Shown: positions 9,671 through 20,359, counted from the stretch's first letter. The stretch is 64,000 nucleotides of DNA from an uncultured Parcubacteria group bacterium (GCA_947084965.1 CAMTUG010000003.1:360-64359); one strand, 5' to 3'. Translations and numbers: made by a program. The notes: generated from the sequence alone by a model not told the origin.

Positions 9671-10708
9671 ATGTCTACGGCTCGCTGGTTTTTTGTCCTC
9701 TTGGCACTGACTGTCTCCTTCCTTATGTGGGAGATCATCTCGCCGTTCGTCCTGACCTTGATCACCGCCGCCGTGGTGGCGATCGTCGTCGCTCCGTATG
9801 AAGAGCGACTCCGTGCGCACATCCATCATCCGCATCTGAGCGCCTTCCTCACGACCGTCCTAGTCTTCTTTTTAATCTTTATCCCACTTCTCCTCGCTTC
9901 GATCGTCATGGTGCAACAGGTCATTGACTTGGTCCGTGGCGCGCTCATCAACGGCGGAACTTGGCCGACAACGGTAGACCTCGCTACCAATCCACTCATC
10001 AGCCGCCTCCCTGATTTTATTCGCGATCAAATTCTCAGCGTTGACTTTGTCGCTCTCTTCCAAAACGTCACCGTGTGGTTCGCTCAAAATATTGGTGCGG
10101 TCGCGGCCAGCACTCTGTCTTTCACCGCCAAGTTCTTCCTCAATACCGTCCTCTTCTTCATCTCCCTCTACTACTTCCTTTCAGACCGCGAAAAAATCAC
10201 CAAGGAGATGCTCGTGCTCTCCCCGCTTAAAGACAAGGATGACCGCACGATCATCGCCCGCGTGGTCAAAACGGTACGCGCCGTCGTCTTTGGCTCGCTC
10301 ACCGTGGCAACGGTCCAAGGGATCATGGCCGCGATCGGCATGGCGATCTTCGGCGTCCCAGGGTTCTTAGTCTGGGGGGCGCTAACGATCGTCGCTTCAC
10401 AAGTACCGCTCATTGGGGTTTCGGTGGTGATGGTGCCAGCAGTCTTATATCTCCTTATCACCAGTTCGCTTGGTGCGGCGATCGGGCTTGCTGTCTGGGC
10501 GGCGGTGATGGTCGGTTTGGCTGACAACTTCCTTTCTCCGTTCCTGATTAAAGGCAAAACGAATATGCATGCCTTGTTAATTCTCCTCTCCATCCTCGGC
10601 GCCATCCAGCTCTTCGGACCTATTGGCCTCGTGATCGGCCCGACCGTTTTGGCCGCCTTTTTGGTGGTCGTCGAAATGTACAAAGCGGGCATTCTTGAAA
10701 AACGCTAA
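9671..10708 (+). CDS. AI-2E family transporter (PerM-like)
   Basis: Polytopic membrane protein with DNFLSP..I and FGPIGLVIGP motifs. Confidence 0.9.
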   Translation: MSTARWFFVLLALTVSFLMWEIISPFVLTLITAAVVAIVVAPYEERLRAHIHHPHLSAFLTTVLVFFLIFIPLLLASIVMVQQVIDLVRGALINGGTWPTTVDLATNPLISRLPDFIRDQILSVDFVALFQNVTVWFAQNIGAVAASTLSFTAKFFLNTVLFFISLYYFLSDREKITKEMLVLSPLKDKDDRTIIARVVKTVRAVVFGSLTVATVQGIMAAIGMAIFGVPGFLVWGALTIVASQVPLIGVSVVMVPAVLYLLITSSLGAAIGLAVWAAVMVGLADNFLSPFLIKGKTNMHALLILLSILGAIQLFGPIGLVIGPTVLAAFLVVVEMYKAGILEKR

Positions 10709-10713
10709 CCGTG

Positions 10714-10744
10714 CAGAATAATTTGAACGTCGAAAGGGGCTCTC
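10714..10744. terminator. Bidirectional hairpin terminator between convergent genes
   Basis: AAGGGGCTCTCC-agaaac-GGAGAGCCCCTT. Confidence 0.7.
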
Positions 10745-10775
10745 CAGAAACGGAGAGCCCCTTTGCGCGCAGGGA

Positions 10776-11267
10776 TCAGATCGCGGTGTCGTCCTCGGCC
10801 GGGTCGAACGGTTGGAGGGTCAGCTCGCCGATCTTGGCCGGGACTTCGAGCAGGACCACCCGGGCGTCGATCTCGAGATCGGTGTCGATGAACCGGCCCT
10901 TGATGCTCAACTCCCAGCCGGCGATGACCTCCTCGAAGACGACCTCGTTCCCGTCGACCACCACCCCCTCGACCACGTAGTCGAGCGGGCCGGTGATGGT
11001 CGCATCGCCCTCGACCTCGGGGTCGTCAGCGATCGGGAAGTAGAGCTCGCCTTCGAAGTGAATCTCGACCGTGGTGTCGTCGTCCGGGCCGGTGAAGACG
11101 AGCGACAACGTCGACGCCTCTGACACGACGACCAGGTCGGTCAGGCGCTCGGGGTCGAACTCACCGCGGTACCCGGTCTCGCTGACCACCGCGAGCGGAT
11201 CCTGAAAGCCGATCGTCGCGCAGCCGGTGAGGGACGCGAACAGGACGAGGGAAGAGATGGTTCGCAT
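10776..11267 (-). CDS. High-GC orphan lipoprotein
   Basis: MRTISSLVLFASLTG-C lipobox; nearly all third codon positions G/C; GAGG SD. Confidence 0.75.
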   Translation of the reverse strand: MRTISSLVLFASLTGCATIGFQDPLAVVSETGYRGEFDPERLTDLVVVSEASTLSLVFTGPDDDTTVEIHFEGELYFPIADDPEVEGDATITGPLDYVVEGVVVDGNEVVFEEVIAGWELSIKGRFIDTDLEIDARVVLLEVPAKIGELTLQPFDPAEDDTAI

Positions 11268-11280
11268 GGGGACCTCGGGG

Positions 11281-11545
11281 TGGATGGGTAAGGATAGAAT
11301 GGGGGGATTGTGTGCACATTGGGAGATGTGCCGCGTGAAGTCACGAGGCTCGCTCGCGCGCTCACGTGGCCTGCCAGCTCCAGCTAGCAAAATCAGAAAC
11401 CGACGGCTCTGCATATTCCCTTGGGAGAATACGAATAACCGTCGGCCTTTCACCCCTTTACCGCGGGTGTGACGTCCTCTCTCCCAAGAGGTTGTTTGTT
11501 TGGATGGGCTCGTAACCCTTCTAAAAGGACGTTCTGGAACCGTCT
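11281..11545 (-). ncRNA. Candidate structured 5' leader or ncRNA
   Basis: Lies between a minus-strand promoter (TTGACA-N17-TATTTT, about 11546-11574) and the ATG at 11267; stems ACGTCCT/AGGACGT, CACCC/GGGTG, CCGACGG/CCGTCGG. Confidence 0.4.
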
Positions 11546-11690
11546 AAAATAGCATACTTTGGACACTTTGTCAATCCTCCTGCGCTAACTTTAGCTAAAA
11601 ATAAGACCGAAGTCTGATACCGGCTTCAGAAGCCGGTATCAGAAGACGGCGACTTGTAGAAACTACAGAAAATGTTATTCTTTGGCCCAC

Positions 11691-11774
11691 GGGCCGGTGG
11701 CGGAATGGTATACGCGGAGCGCTTAAACCGCTCTCCCGCAAGGGTTGTGGGTTCGAGTCCCACCCGGCCCACCA
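11691..11774 (+). tRNA. tRNA-Leu(TAA)
   Basis: GGGCCGG/CCGGCCC-A-CCA; anticodon arm GAGCG-CT-TAA-AC-CGCTC; long variable arm. Confidence 0.96.
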
Positions 11775-11780
11775 AAGAGT

Positions 11781-12308
11781 ATGCAGCCGTGGCAAAAGCT
11801 GAGTGAAAAAAATGTTTACAATGGGTTTCGAAAGGTTGTAAGAAAAATCTTTCGAGCACCAGATGGCCGCGAAGTCTCATTTGATATCTATCAGGACGGC
11901 GCGGCTGTTTGTATTTTGCCGATCACATCCAACGGAAATGTTGTCATGGCCAAGCAGTTTCGTCCTGGGCCGGAACGGTGTGTGATCGAACTCCCTGGTG
12001 GGGGCATCGAATCAGGCGAACTGCCAGAGACGGCCGCAGCCCGTGAACTCCTCGAAGAAACCGGTTATGTGGGGGAGCTCGCGTTCGTCGGTACTTCCCT
12101 TCACTCCGCCTACTCAACGCTCATTCGCTATAACTTCGTGGCTACCAACTGCACCCGTATTCAAAATCCTACCCCTGATGAAAATGAATGCATTGATGTT
12201 TGCGAATTGCCCCTCGATGACTTTCTCGTCCACCTGCGAAGCGGCCAGCTCACGGACGTCACGACAGGATACCTCGGGCTCGTGCATCTGGGGGTATTAA
12301 AACAGTAA
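11781..12308 (+). CDS. NUDIX hydrolase, ADP-ribose pyrophosphatase-like
   Basis: KQFRP..IELPGGGIESGELPETAAARELLEETG. Confidence 0.88.
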   Translation: MQPWQKLSEKNVYNGFRKVVRKIFRAPDGREVSFDIYQDGAAVCILPITSNGNVVMAKQFRPGPERCVIELPGGGIESGELPETAAARELLEETGYVGELAFVGTSLHSAYSTLIRYNFVATNCTRIQNPTPDENECIDVCELPLDDFLVHLRSGQLTDVTTGYLGLVHLGVLKQ

Positions 12309-12354
12309 GACGGGGCACTGTGGCCCCGCCTATACGTTTACGTTTGTGTATCTG

Positions 12355-12918
12355 TTATGACGCCGGTGTCGCTGTCGCCACCCGTTCGTGGCGGGCGCGA
12401 TCTTCTTGCATCAGTCCAAGCACTAGCTGCCGCACGCTATCAGGGTTCGGAACTTCCCTAAAGACGAGTTGCCCGCGCTCCCCAGCCGTCTGCACCGTAA
12501 CATTTCCGTAGCGCAGCAACGTTTGAATGACCCCTTTCATCTCGCTCGTCACGTCAACGATCGACGCCAGATGACACTCCGTCGTCTCGCGTCGAAACAG
12601 CCCGAACTGTTCAACGTCGATCACTCGCTCCGTGGTGACGATCCAGGTGTCGAGATAAAAATCGATCACCTCTTGGAAGACCAGAACCCACAAGATGAGA
12701 TAGTAAAAGCTGGTGAACAGCGTCAGGAGTGGAGCGGCAATCGGATGCGAGAGAAGGATCGGATATTCTGTGTTGATGAAAAAGTAGGCGCCGATCGGGA
12801 TCAATCCGGAGAAAAAAAGGGCGACGATAATCTTGGTCGGAATCCACCAATGACGCCGAACAACGAGCTTTGTTTTTTCCTCCGGCAGACGATTTGGAAG
12901 TTGATCGATATTAATCAT
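12355..12918 (-). CDS. Membrane protein with bacterial PH domain
   Basis: VRRHW, two TMs, WIVTTERVIDVEQ.GLF, YGNVTVQTAG. Confidence 0.82.
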   Translation of the reverse strand: MINIDQLPNRLPEEKTKLVVRRHWWIPTKIIVALFFSGLIPIGAYFFINTEYPILLSHPIAAPLLTLFTSFYYLILWVLVFQEVIDFYLDTWIVTTERVIDVEQFGLFRRETTECHLASIVDVTSEMKGVIQTLLRYGNVTVQTAGERGQLVFREVPNPDSVRQLVLGLMQEDRARHERVATATPAS

Positions 12919-13178
12919 AAAGGAGAGATAATGCGTTCAGGAAAGAAAACCTGTTGAATCGCCTCGACGTCGATCGACTGTGACCAGTCAAATTCCATCA
13001 GCAGAATCGCCGAAACAAAAAGGATCGCCCCCGTCCCAACGACGTAAATAGAAACGACCGCTGTTGTGCCTGCGCCGCCGATCGCAAAATGCTTCAAGTG
13101 ATAGATATTGAAGAAAACGAAGATAAAGTAAAAGACGAGAAACAATGCGTAAGGGATAAGAAAAAGGGAGATGGTCAT
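12915..13178 (-). CDS. Small two-TM membrane protein
   Basis: 87 aa hydrophobic ORF translationally coupled to ruvB and to the PH-domain gene. Confidence 0.7.
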   Translation of the reverse strand: MTISLFLIPYALFLVFYFIFVFFNIYHLKHFAIGGAGTTAVVSIYVVGTGAILFVSAILLMEFDWSQSIDVEAIQQVFFPERIISPL

Positions 13179-14182
13179 AACTTTAAATGTTCATAAGCGC
13201 GCGTAGTCGCCATGCGGCCGCGCGGGGTGCGTTCAAGAAGGCCGAGTTGAATCAGGAACGGCTCGACAACCTCTTCGATCGTCTCAAGTTCTTGTGCCGT
13301 CGCAGCCGAGATCGTGGAAAGACCAACGGGGCCGCCTGAAAACTTTTCAATAATCGTCGAAAGCACATGACGGTCGGTAGCATCGAGGCCGACTTCGTCG
13401 ATCTTCAGCATTTCCAGAGCCGCACGGGCAGAAGGAAGGGAAACGTTGCCATCCCCTTTGACCTGAGCAAAGTCACGAACGCGGCGCAACAGACGGTTGG
13501 CGATGCGCGGAGTACGGCGTGAACGGCGAGCGACTTCTCCCTCTGCTTCGCTATCGATCGCGATATTCAATCGAGCCGCATTCCGGCGAACGATCTCGCC
13601 GATCTCCTCGTCATTATAAAAATCAATCTGATGCACCATTCCAAAACGATCACGCAGTGGCGAGGAAAGGAGCGACAGACGCGTCGTCGCACCGATGATC
13701 GTGAAACGCTCAAGGTTGATGCGCAAGGTACGCGCGGTCGGCCCCTTACCCACGACGATGTCGAGAGCAAAGTCTTCCATCGCCGGGTACAACACCTCTT
13801 CAATCGTACGGTTCATGCGATGAATTTCGTCGATGAACAGGACATCCCCCGGGCCGAGATTGGAAAGAATCGCAGCCAAGTCTCCGACGCGCTCGAGTGC
13901 CGGACCGCTGGTCACCCGGATCTGTGCTCCCATTTCGTTTGCTAGCACGTGGGCGAGAGTCGTCTTTCCGAGCCCTGGATTTCCATAAAACAAGACGTGC
14001 TCCAGAGGCTCGCCGCGGCCTTTAGCTGCATCCAAAAAGACGCGCAGGTTATCCTTCAGCGCCTGCTGGCCAACAAAATCTTCCAGTGTTTTCGGGCGCA
14101 GCGTCACTTCGAACGAGCGTTCCTCCTCGGGTGCCCCAGGGGAAACAAGCCGTTCCAAAAGCTGTGGATCTTGTTCAATCAT
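13175..14182 (-). CDS. ruvB: Holliday junction branch migration helicase RuvB
   Basis: [40 protein letters not shown]. Confidence 0.97.
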   Translation of the reverse strand: MIEQDPQLLERLVSPGAPEEERSFEVTLRPKTLEDFVGQQALKDNLRVFLDAAKGRGEPLEHVLFYGNPGLGKTTLAHVLANEMGAQIRVTSGPALERVGDLAAILSNLGPGDVLFIDEIHRMNRTIEEVLYPAMEDFALDIVVGKGPTARTLRINLERFTIIGATTRLSLLSSPLRDRFGMVHQIDFYNDEEIGEIVRRNAARLNIAIDSEAEGEVARRSRRTPRIANRLLRRVRDFAQVKGDGNVSLPSARAALEMLKIDEVGLDATDRHVLSTIIEKFSGGPVGLSTISAATAQELETIEEVVEPFLIQLGLLERTPRGRMATTRAYEHLKL

Positions 14183-14222
14183 ACATGCTTCAAGTATAGC
14201 ACGACCCTTATCCAAGCCCCAT

Positions 14223-14393
14223 CGCTCCGCAGGCTTCGACCTGCGCCATCTTGTTGGTCATTTAATGTCGCAGGCCGAACCCTGCTCCGCGCTGGGGCCA
14301 GCTTGTGCCTTCCGAACCGCGAAGCGGAATCACGTCCGCGACATTAATAGCCAAAAATCTATGTCGCGGCGGGATTCTGCGAAGCGGTGAGGA
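14223..14393. repeat. Two oppositely oriented copies of a ~70-85 bp structured REP-like repeat
   Basis: 14311-14393 matches the reverse complement of 27151-27234; 14223-14291 is a diverged copy in the opposite orientation. Confidence 0.75.
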
Positions 14394-14438
14394 GGGCGCG
14401 AGGAAAACAAAGACGAGAGCGTTTGCTCCCGTCTTGTT

Positions 14439-16481
14439 TTACTTCCATCGTTTCTCTAAGTCGATGCCAGTGTAGAAATAGTGGAGAATCTTTTTATAGT
14501 CATCGCCGTCGTTGGCCATACAGAGTGCGCCCGATGCGCTCATCCCAACCCCGTGCCCCCAAAGGGTCTTTCCCACGTCGCACGGCACGGCTACAGACTT
14601 AGACCACGGGACCGATCCGCCCCACACTTCGCTCCAGTCACGCGTGCGCCCGTCCGAGCGCGAGAAGTAGGCAGTAATTGCCGTCTCCCCTTTATAGGTA
14701 ACGGTCACCCCACGAGTCAGATCAACCGCTTCAGACATTTTCGGGGTGCGTAATTCTTGGCCGTAGCCTTTGTACACTTGGTCGTAGTACGCATCGACGT
14801 GATAATACTCATCGTCGTGCTTCGTCGCCCGTTGCCAGTGATAATAGGCATAGGTGCGAGCCGAAACGATCAACGTTTTTTGGAACTCGATATGTGAATC
14901 GTTAGACGTTTCAGCCAGCCCTTTTAGGTACCATTCCATCGGCAGTTCGTTGATCATCCAGATGCGATCTTTCGAGTCGTTGTAGCGAATCTCCAAAATA
15001 TTACGGAATTGGTTGTCGGCATACTTCGATCCGCGTGTGACTCGACGATCAAAGTTCGTGATCGTGAGAATGCTGTTCGCCAAATCTGGAACGAAACGCA
15101 GAGCCTTTTTCGAAACTTGTTCACCGTCGCCAAGATCGTAGTAATATTTGCCGTTTTCATACCAAGCCGTGACCTTCTTGCCCTTGGCCACCTCGGCTAA
15201 TGCTTTTCCGTCGATATCCGTAACCTTCATACCAGACTCGTCGGCACGAATGACGATCTCATCATCTGTCTCTTCGTCGACCGTCAGGATCCCGACACGG
15301 ATCGTCGGCTCATCAATCACAAGATTTTGTACGATTCCGTCGCTCGTCGTTTCTTTTGTCGTCTTCTTTTCTTTCACCTTTTTCTTCGGTGTATCTTTGG
15401 CCGTACTCGCCCCACTTGTGACCTCGACGGGGATATTAATCATCCCCCCCTCGATCGATTCTCCGTCGACTTCGACCTGGAACGAGACCGTAAAGTTTCC
15501 TTTCTTGTTTGGGGTTTTGAAAGCAAACGTGAACGTATCCGTCGCCCCTGGCTTTACCGTCCCACTATTTTCAACAACGACACTCGAGGACTTCCAAGAT
15601 GGGTGTTTAAAATCCGCGGTTGAAACACCAGCGATCTTCACATCAGATGAATTGAGCGTCCGCGCTCCCCAGGTTGTCGTCCCTGTGTTCTTGACCTGTA
15701 CCGTATATAAAACAGAAATTCCGCCCTTGGCCTTGATGGAAGGGGCGGTGGTCGCTACGACCTCGGCTTCATGTCCGCTCGTACTGGTCGATGTACCTGT
15801 CGTCGATGTGGGAGACGTCCCTGTTACATCGATCGTGATCGTAAACTCTCCGCCCGGGATCCAGGCTAAATTTTCAGCGGCCAAGTTAAACGTTTCCTTG
15901 TACGTTCCGGCGGTCTTCGGGGCTTTTAACGTAAAGGTGAGTGAGCCTTTCCCCCCGACCTTCACCGCTGATTCGGAAAGCTTGGCCGGCTGATCGGATC
16001 GATACCACGAACCGCTTTGAAAAACGCTGGTACGGTACTTCGGACCGTAGGTGTAAATAGAAACGAATCGCTCTCCGCCGTTTGACCAGTCCTTTTCGCC
16101 GATGTTTTGGAAGGTCACGGTGACTTCCTTAGATTCCCCCGGCGCCATCGTCACCTTGCTTGGGATCTGCACCTGCATCGCTTCATATCCTTTGAGAGGC
16201 GCGGCGTGCGCTGTTTTGATTCCAAATACCGCGTTCAACCAAGGAGCACGAGCCTGTTCGTCGCTCGCCATAACCGGTGGAGCCGCTTCGCGCGAGCGGA
16301 TCACCCCCTCGACCGTAGACAACACAAGCGCCGAGGCGACGACTAAAAAAACGACCAGGGCACTATCAGCAAGCACCCCTGCGTAGGTGCGCAGTGCCTG
16401 CCGGAATGCCGGCCGCTCAGGAGTCACCACCAACGGTTCGGCGGGCGCTCCGATATTGTCTTCAAGCGATGGAAACAACAT
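14439..16481 (-). CDS. SpoIID/LytB-domain cell-wall protein with two Ig-like (NBR1-like) domains
   Basis: INELPMEWYLKGLAE, ARTYA, DQVYKGYG, GHGVGMS..GA, ILHYFYTG; N-terminal TM. Confidence 0.85.
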   Translation of the reverse strand: MLFPSLEDNIGAPAEPLVVTPERPAFRQALRTYAGVLADSALVVFLVVASALVLSTVEGVIRSREAAPPVMASDEQARAPWLNAVFGIKTAHAAPLKGYEAMQVQIPSKVTMAPGESKEVTVTFQNIGEKDWSNGGERFVSIYTYGPKYRTSVFQSGSWYRSDQPAKLSESAVKVGGKGSLTFTLKAPKTAGTYKETFNLAAENLAWIPGGEFTITIDVTGTSPTSTTGTSTSTSGHEAEVVATTAPSIKAKGGISVLYTVQVKNTGTTTWGARTLNSSDVKIAGVSTADFKHPSWKSSSVVVENSGTVKPGATDTFTFAFKTPNKKGNFTVSFQVEVDGESIEGGMINIPVEVTSGASTAKDTPKKKVKEKKTTKETTSDGIVQNLVIDEPTIRVGILTVDEETDDEIVIRADESGMKVTDIDGKALAEVAKGKKVTAWYENGKYYYDLGDGEQVSKKALRFVPDLANSILTITNFDRRVTRGSKYADNQFRNILEIRYNDSKDRIWMINELPMEWYLKGLAETSNDSHIEFQKTLIVSARTYAYYHWQRATKHDDEYYHVDAYYDQVYKGYGQELRTPKMSEAVDLTRGVTVTYKGETAITAYFSRSDGRTRDWSEVWGGSVPWSKSVAVPCDVGKTLWGHGVGMSASGALCMANDGDDYKKILHYFYTGIDLEKRWK

Positions 16482-16575
16482 GTTGTCAGGCTTTTTAGAG
16501 AACTTTTGATAAATCAATGATAGCATTTTTTTGACCTTCCGTCAATTCGCAATTGGGTATATGATGAACACAATT

Positions 16576-18003
16576 ATGGCTCATGAGTCCGGGAAACTCG
16601 CACGCAACACCGCTCTGCAGATCGCCGGAAAGGCGATCGGTATTCTTTTGGGACTCGCGACCGTCGCCGTTCTCTTCCGTTATTTGCAAGAAACGGGATT
16701 CGGAGAGTTCACGACGGCGATCACCTATCTTTCGATCTTTGCGGTGATCGTGGACTTCGGTCTGACCCTCACCACGGTCCAGATGATCTCGGAACCGGGA
16801 GCTGATGAACCGAAGATCCTCGGCAACATCTTTGCCTTACGCATTCTCTCCGGCCTCGTCGTCTTCACCCTCGCTCCGATCATCGCTCTCCTCTTCCCTT
16901 ACAGCCCAATCATCAAGTTAGCGATCGCCGTCGGTTCGATGGCCTACTTCTTCTCCTCCACTTCGCAGATGCTCGGAGGGGTTTTCCAAAAACGCCTCGA
17001 GATGTGGCGCGTCGTTCTGGCTGAGTTGGTCGGACGGTTGATCCTGCTTGTCGGTTCCGTCTTCGTTGCCCTGACCGCCGGATCGATGATCGAAGTCGTC
17101 CTCGCGATCGTCATCGGCAACTTCGCCCAACTAGCCATCACCCTCCTCCTCGCCCGGCCGTTCGTGCGCATCAAATCTGCGATCGACCTCGCTATCTGGA
17201 AGATGATCCTTAGCCGTAGCTGGCCGATCGGAGTCAGTATTATCTTCAACGTCGTCTACCTGCGCGGCGACATCCTCTTCCTTTCTTTCTTCCGCGATGA
17301 CGCCGAAGTCGGTTTCTACGGCGCGGCTTACAAAATCATCGACACCCTCACCGCCATTCCAGTTCTCTTCATGGGGCTGATCCTTCCCATGCTCGTCTCG
17401 GCCTGGTCGGACCACAACAGAGAGCGATTTGCCGCACTGATGCAGAAAAGCTTTGATTTCTTCGTTCTCCTCGGTCTCCCGATCGCCGTTGGTGCCTATG
17501 CCCTCGCTACCCCGCTCATGGTTTTGTTTGGTGGCGAGCGCTTCGCCCCGTCCGGCGCGATCCTTCAAGTCCTCGCCCCGACGATCTTCATCGTCTTTGT
17601 GGGCGCTCTCTACGGCCACGCGATCGTCGGGATCCGCAAGCAAAAACCGATGGCCTTTGGCTATGCCATAACCGCGGTCGTTTCGATCGCCGCCTACCTC
17701 TACTTCGTCCCTCGCTTCGGCGGGATCGGCGCCGCCTGGGTAACGTTCATCTCCGAAGCCCTTCTGGCCGCGATTACCTACATTGTTGTCGTCAAAACAT
17801 CCGGTGCCTCACCGCGTCTCACGATCCTTTGGAAGTCAGCTCTTGCCTGCCTGATCATGTTTGTCACGTTGACCGCAACTCCTGACATGCACGTCCTCCT
17901 CCAGGTGGTCCTTGGCGTCCTCGCTTATACCGCGGCCGCGATCGCCCTTAAGATGATCTCGGTGCGCGAAGTCCGTAACCTCTTCTTAAAGCGCGCCGTA
18001 TGA
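16576..18003 (+). CDS. Polysaccharide flippase (Wzx/MOP family)
   Basis: Multi-TM protein; DFGL, EVGFYGAAYK, GGIGAAW. Confidence 0.88.
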   Translation: MAHESGKLARNTALQIAGKAIGILLGLATVAVLFRYLQETGFGEFTTAITYLSIFAVIVDFGLTLTTVQMISEPGADEPKILGNIFALRILSGLVVFTLAPIIALLFPYSPIIKLAIAVGSMAYFFSSTSQMLGGVFQKRLEMWRVVLAELVGRLILLVGSVFVALTAGSMIEVVLAIVIGNFAQLAITLLLARPFVRIKSAIDLAIWKMILSRSWPIGVSIIFNVVYLRGDILFLSFFRDDAEVGFYGAAYKIIDTLTAIPVLFMGLILPMLVSAWSDHNRERFAALMQKSFDFFVLLGLPIAVGAYALATPLMVLFGGERFAPSGAILQVLAPTIFIVFVGALYGHAIVGIRKQKPMAFGYAITAVVSIAAYLYFVPRFGGIGAAWVTFISEALLAAITYIVVVKTSGASPRLTILWKSALACLIMFVTLTATPDMHVLLQVVLGVLAYTAAAIALKMISVREVRNLFLKRAV

Positions 18004-19241
18004 TCTTTCCTATCCTCCTCGGCCTCGTCGCCTTCCTCTTTGCCTACATCGCCTTTAACGACTTGCGCCAGGCGATCATCCTCCTTCTCGGCCTCCTCCC
18101 CACCTACCTCATCCGTTTTTCTATCGGCCCATTCCCGACGACCCTCCTGGAAGTACTCCTCCTTATTCTGATTCTCGTTTGGGTCGTTCGATTTCACGGC
18201 ATCCCTGCGGCCACAACCCTCCACGGACACTGGATCTGGGCGATCCTGCTCCTCATCGCCGCCGCATCGATCGGCGTGAGCGTAGCCCCAGACACCATGG
18301 CCGCACTCGGAATCTGGAAGGCGTACATCATCGAACCGATCCTCCTCTTCCTTATCATTCGAACGACGATTAAAACAAAAACAGATATCGAGTGGGTCTT
18401 TATTGCTCTCGGGATCAGCGCAATCGTTGTCTCTATTTTTGCGATCATCCAATTCCTGACCGGCATCGGCCTCCCGATCCCCTGGGACATCGAACGCCGC
18501 GTCACCAGTTTCTATGATTTCCCAAATGCGGTCGGGTTATTCTTGGGGCCTGTTGTGACGATCGGGCTCGTGCACCTATTTCGTCCAGTCAAAGAAATCA
18601 CGTTCTCTGCCACAGGCCAGCGCTGGTTCTGGGGATTGGTCTCTGCCCTCGGGCTCGTAACGGTCATCCTCGCCAAAACCGAAGCGGCACTCGTTGCGAT
18701 CCCAGCGGCGATCCTGCTCGTTTCCTTCTTATGCAAATCGACACGCAAGTTCACGATCCCGTTCGCGATCCTCCTGGCGATCGTCGCCTTCGCGATCACT
18801 CCGGTCAAAGAAAAACTCCTCCTAGAAGACTACTCTGGCGGCATCCGCCTTTCCCAGTGGCGCGAAACGGCTGAGCTCCTCAAAGACCACGCGCTCTTCG
18901 GCACTGGCCTCTCGGGGTATCCAACAGCTCTCGCTCCGTACCACCAAGACACTTGGATCGAGATCTTCCAATACCCGCACAACATCTTCTTAAACATCTG
19001 GGTAGAATTAGGCCTCCTCGGCCTCGTTGCTTTTGTCCTCCTGGCAATCACCGTCCTGCGCAACTTCCTCCAAAACCGCAATGACCCAACGACGATCATC
19101 GCCTTCACCGCCCTCCTCGAAATGCTGATCCACGGCTTGGTCGACGTCCCCTACTTTAAAAACGACCTGGCCGTTCTAACCTGGGCACTCCTCGCCATCC
19201 TCTCCCTTTCCTCGGTTAAGATTGAACGGAAAAACCCCTAA
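18000..19241 (+). CDS. O-antigen ligase family protein
   Basis: RVTSFY..PNA.G, R...W, FGTGLSGY, YPHNIFL..W.ELGLLG. Confidence 0.88.
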   Translation: MIFPILLGLVAFLFAYIAFNDLRQAIILLLGLLPTYLIRFSIGPFPTTLLEVLLLILILVWVVRFHGIPAATTLHGHWIWAILLLIAAASIGVSVAPDTMAALGIWKAYIIEPILLFLIIRTTIKTKTDIEWVFIALGISAIVVSIFAIIQFLTGIGLPIPWDIERRVTSFYDFPNAVGLFLGPVVTIGLVHLFRPVKEITFSATGQRWFWGLVSALGLVTVILAKTEAALVAIPAAILLVSFLCKSTRKFTIPFAILLAIVAFAITPVKEKLLLEDYSGGIRLSQWRETAELLKDHALFGTGLSGYPTALAPYHQDTWIEIFQYPHNIFLNIWVELGLLGLVAFVLLAITVLRNFLQNRNDPTTIIAFTALLEMLIHGLVDVPYFKNDLAVLTWALLAILSLSSVKIERKNP

Positions 19242-19249
19242 TATGAATG

Positions 19250-19279
19250 AAAAAAACCGAGCGCTTGCTCGGTTTTTTT
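19250..19279. terminator. Bidirectional intrinsic terminator
   Basis: A-run-CCGAGC-gctt-GCTCGG-T-run between the ligase gene and tRNA-Ser. Confidence 0.8.
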
Positions 19280-19281
19280 CA

Positions 19282-19371
19282 TGGCGGAGAGGGAGGGATT
19301 CGAACCCTCGATACCCTTGCGGGTATGCGGCTTTTCGAGAGCCGTCGTTTCGACCACTCACGCACCTCTCC
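19282..19371 (-). tRNA. tRNA-Ser(CGA)
   Basis: GGAGAGG/CCTCTCC-G-CCA; anticodon arm CGGCT-CT-CGA-AA-AGCCG; long variable arm ATACCC-GCAA-GGGTAT. Confidence 0.96.
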
Positions 19372-20359
19372 TTGTTGTGACGAAATTATTATAACGACAG
19401 ATATGCTTTGGATTATCTGACCCTATTTCGTCGAAGAACTTTTTCACATCTTGCTGTCGCCTCAGAAACACGGAATGTTGTGTCACCTTGTATGAAGGCT
19501 TGAACCCTAATCGTCGAAGCGTAGTAAAGATATCTTGAAGGAACTCCGGCGCATGACTAGTAATCGTCAGCCCGATGTGCGCGTAAAGTTTATGCTTTAT
19601 TTGGTGTTTGTCAAGGAACACGCAACCGTCCGTATCGAATAGTCCTCGAAGGAACGCCCGCTCGAATGACGGCTTGGCGTGAACCCATTCTGGAATACAT
19701 AATCCGTTATCGATCTTCTTTCCTTTTGGAACCCCGAGAGTACGGAGATGCTCAACCATCTGTTTTGAAGAAAACAAAACGAGTGTTGATTTCTCGCCTG
19801 AACGCGATCTGACGGATGCCTTAACCGAAAACAACTCCTCTCCAAGTTCTGCAACAAACTTGGCATGGTCTCCGTCCGTTTCAGAGTTTGTGACCATGAG
19901 AACTTGGTACCTAGCCAGATGACCGTCACCCGCAATAATTCCGACAAACTCTGCCAAGGCCTCGTTCTTCATGGGCATTGAGACTTGTTTCTTCAACCTA
20001 AACCCAGTTTTCAAATTTCGTTGAGCCGCAACCGATTGTAATCCGCCCTTTCGCCGACCTTCCGGAGTACCAAGATCACCATACAATTCCGCCCGGCGTT
20101 GTGCGCCCTTCCTGGCCGCGCCCTGAATATGCCAATAGTCATCAAGATACGTTGGTTGAAATGATTCTGGCTTTTTGTTGACTATAGCAGCAAGCACACG
20201 GAACGCTTCTTCTGAAATCAGATACTTACCTCGCTTCCAATCGCGCATCGTTCGTTCACACACGCCAGCCAACTCACTGAGTTGATGGCAATTAAAACCA
20301 CGCTCCTTCAACTTTCGAAACAGCTCTGTTCGCAAGGTGTCTGATAGTTTGATGCGCAT
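19358..20359 (-). CDS. HTH plus double-motif LAGLIDADG endonuclease-like protein
   Basis: N-terminal HTH-like QLSELAGVCERTMRDWKRG; LAEFVGIIAGDG and FLRGLFDTDG; stop codon inside tRNA-Ser (14 nt overlap). Confidence 0.85.
   Translation of the reverse strand: MRIKLSDTLRTELFRKLKERGFNCHQLSELAGVCERTMRDWKRGKYLISEEAFRVLAAIVNKKPESFQPTYLDDYWHIQGAARKGAQRRAELYGDLGTPEGRRKGGLQSVAAQRNLKTGFRLKKQVSMPMKNEALAEFVGIIAGDGHLARYQVLMVTNSETDGDHAKFVAELGEELFSVKASVRSRSGEKSTLVLFSSKQMVEHLRTLGVPKGKKIDNGLCIPEWVHAKPSFERAFLRGLFDTDGCVFLDKHQIKHKLYAHIGLTITSHAPEFLQDIFTTLRRLGFKPSYKVTQHSVFLRRQQDVKKFFDEIGSDNPKHICRYNNFVTTRRGA

Noticed and set aside
11613-11643. Perfect 14-bp inverted repeat upstream of tRNA-Leu(TAA) as a mobile-element end
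   Set aside because: Single copy in the window with no target duplication or transposase; it could be a terminator or operator.
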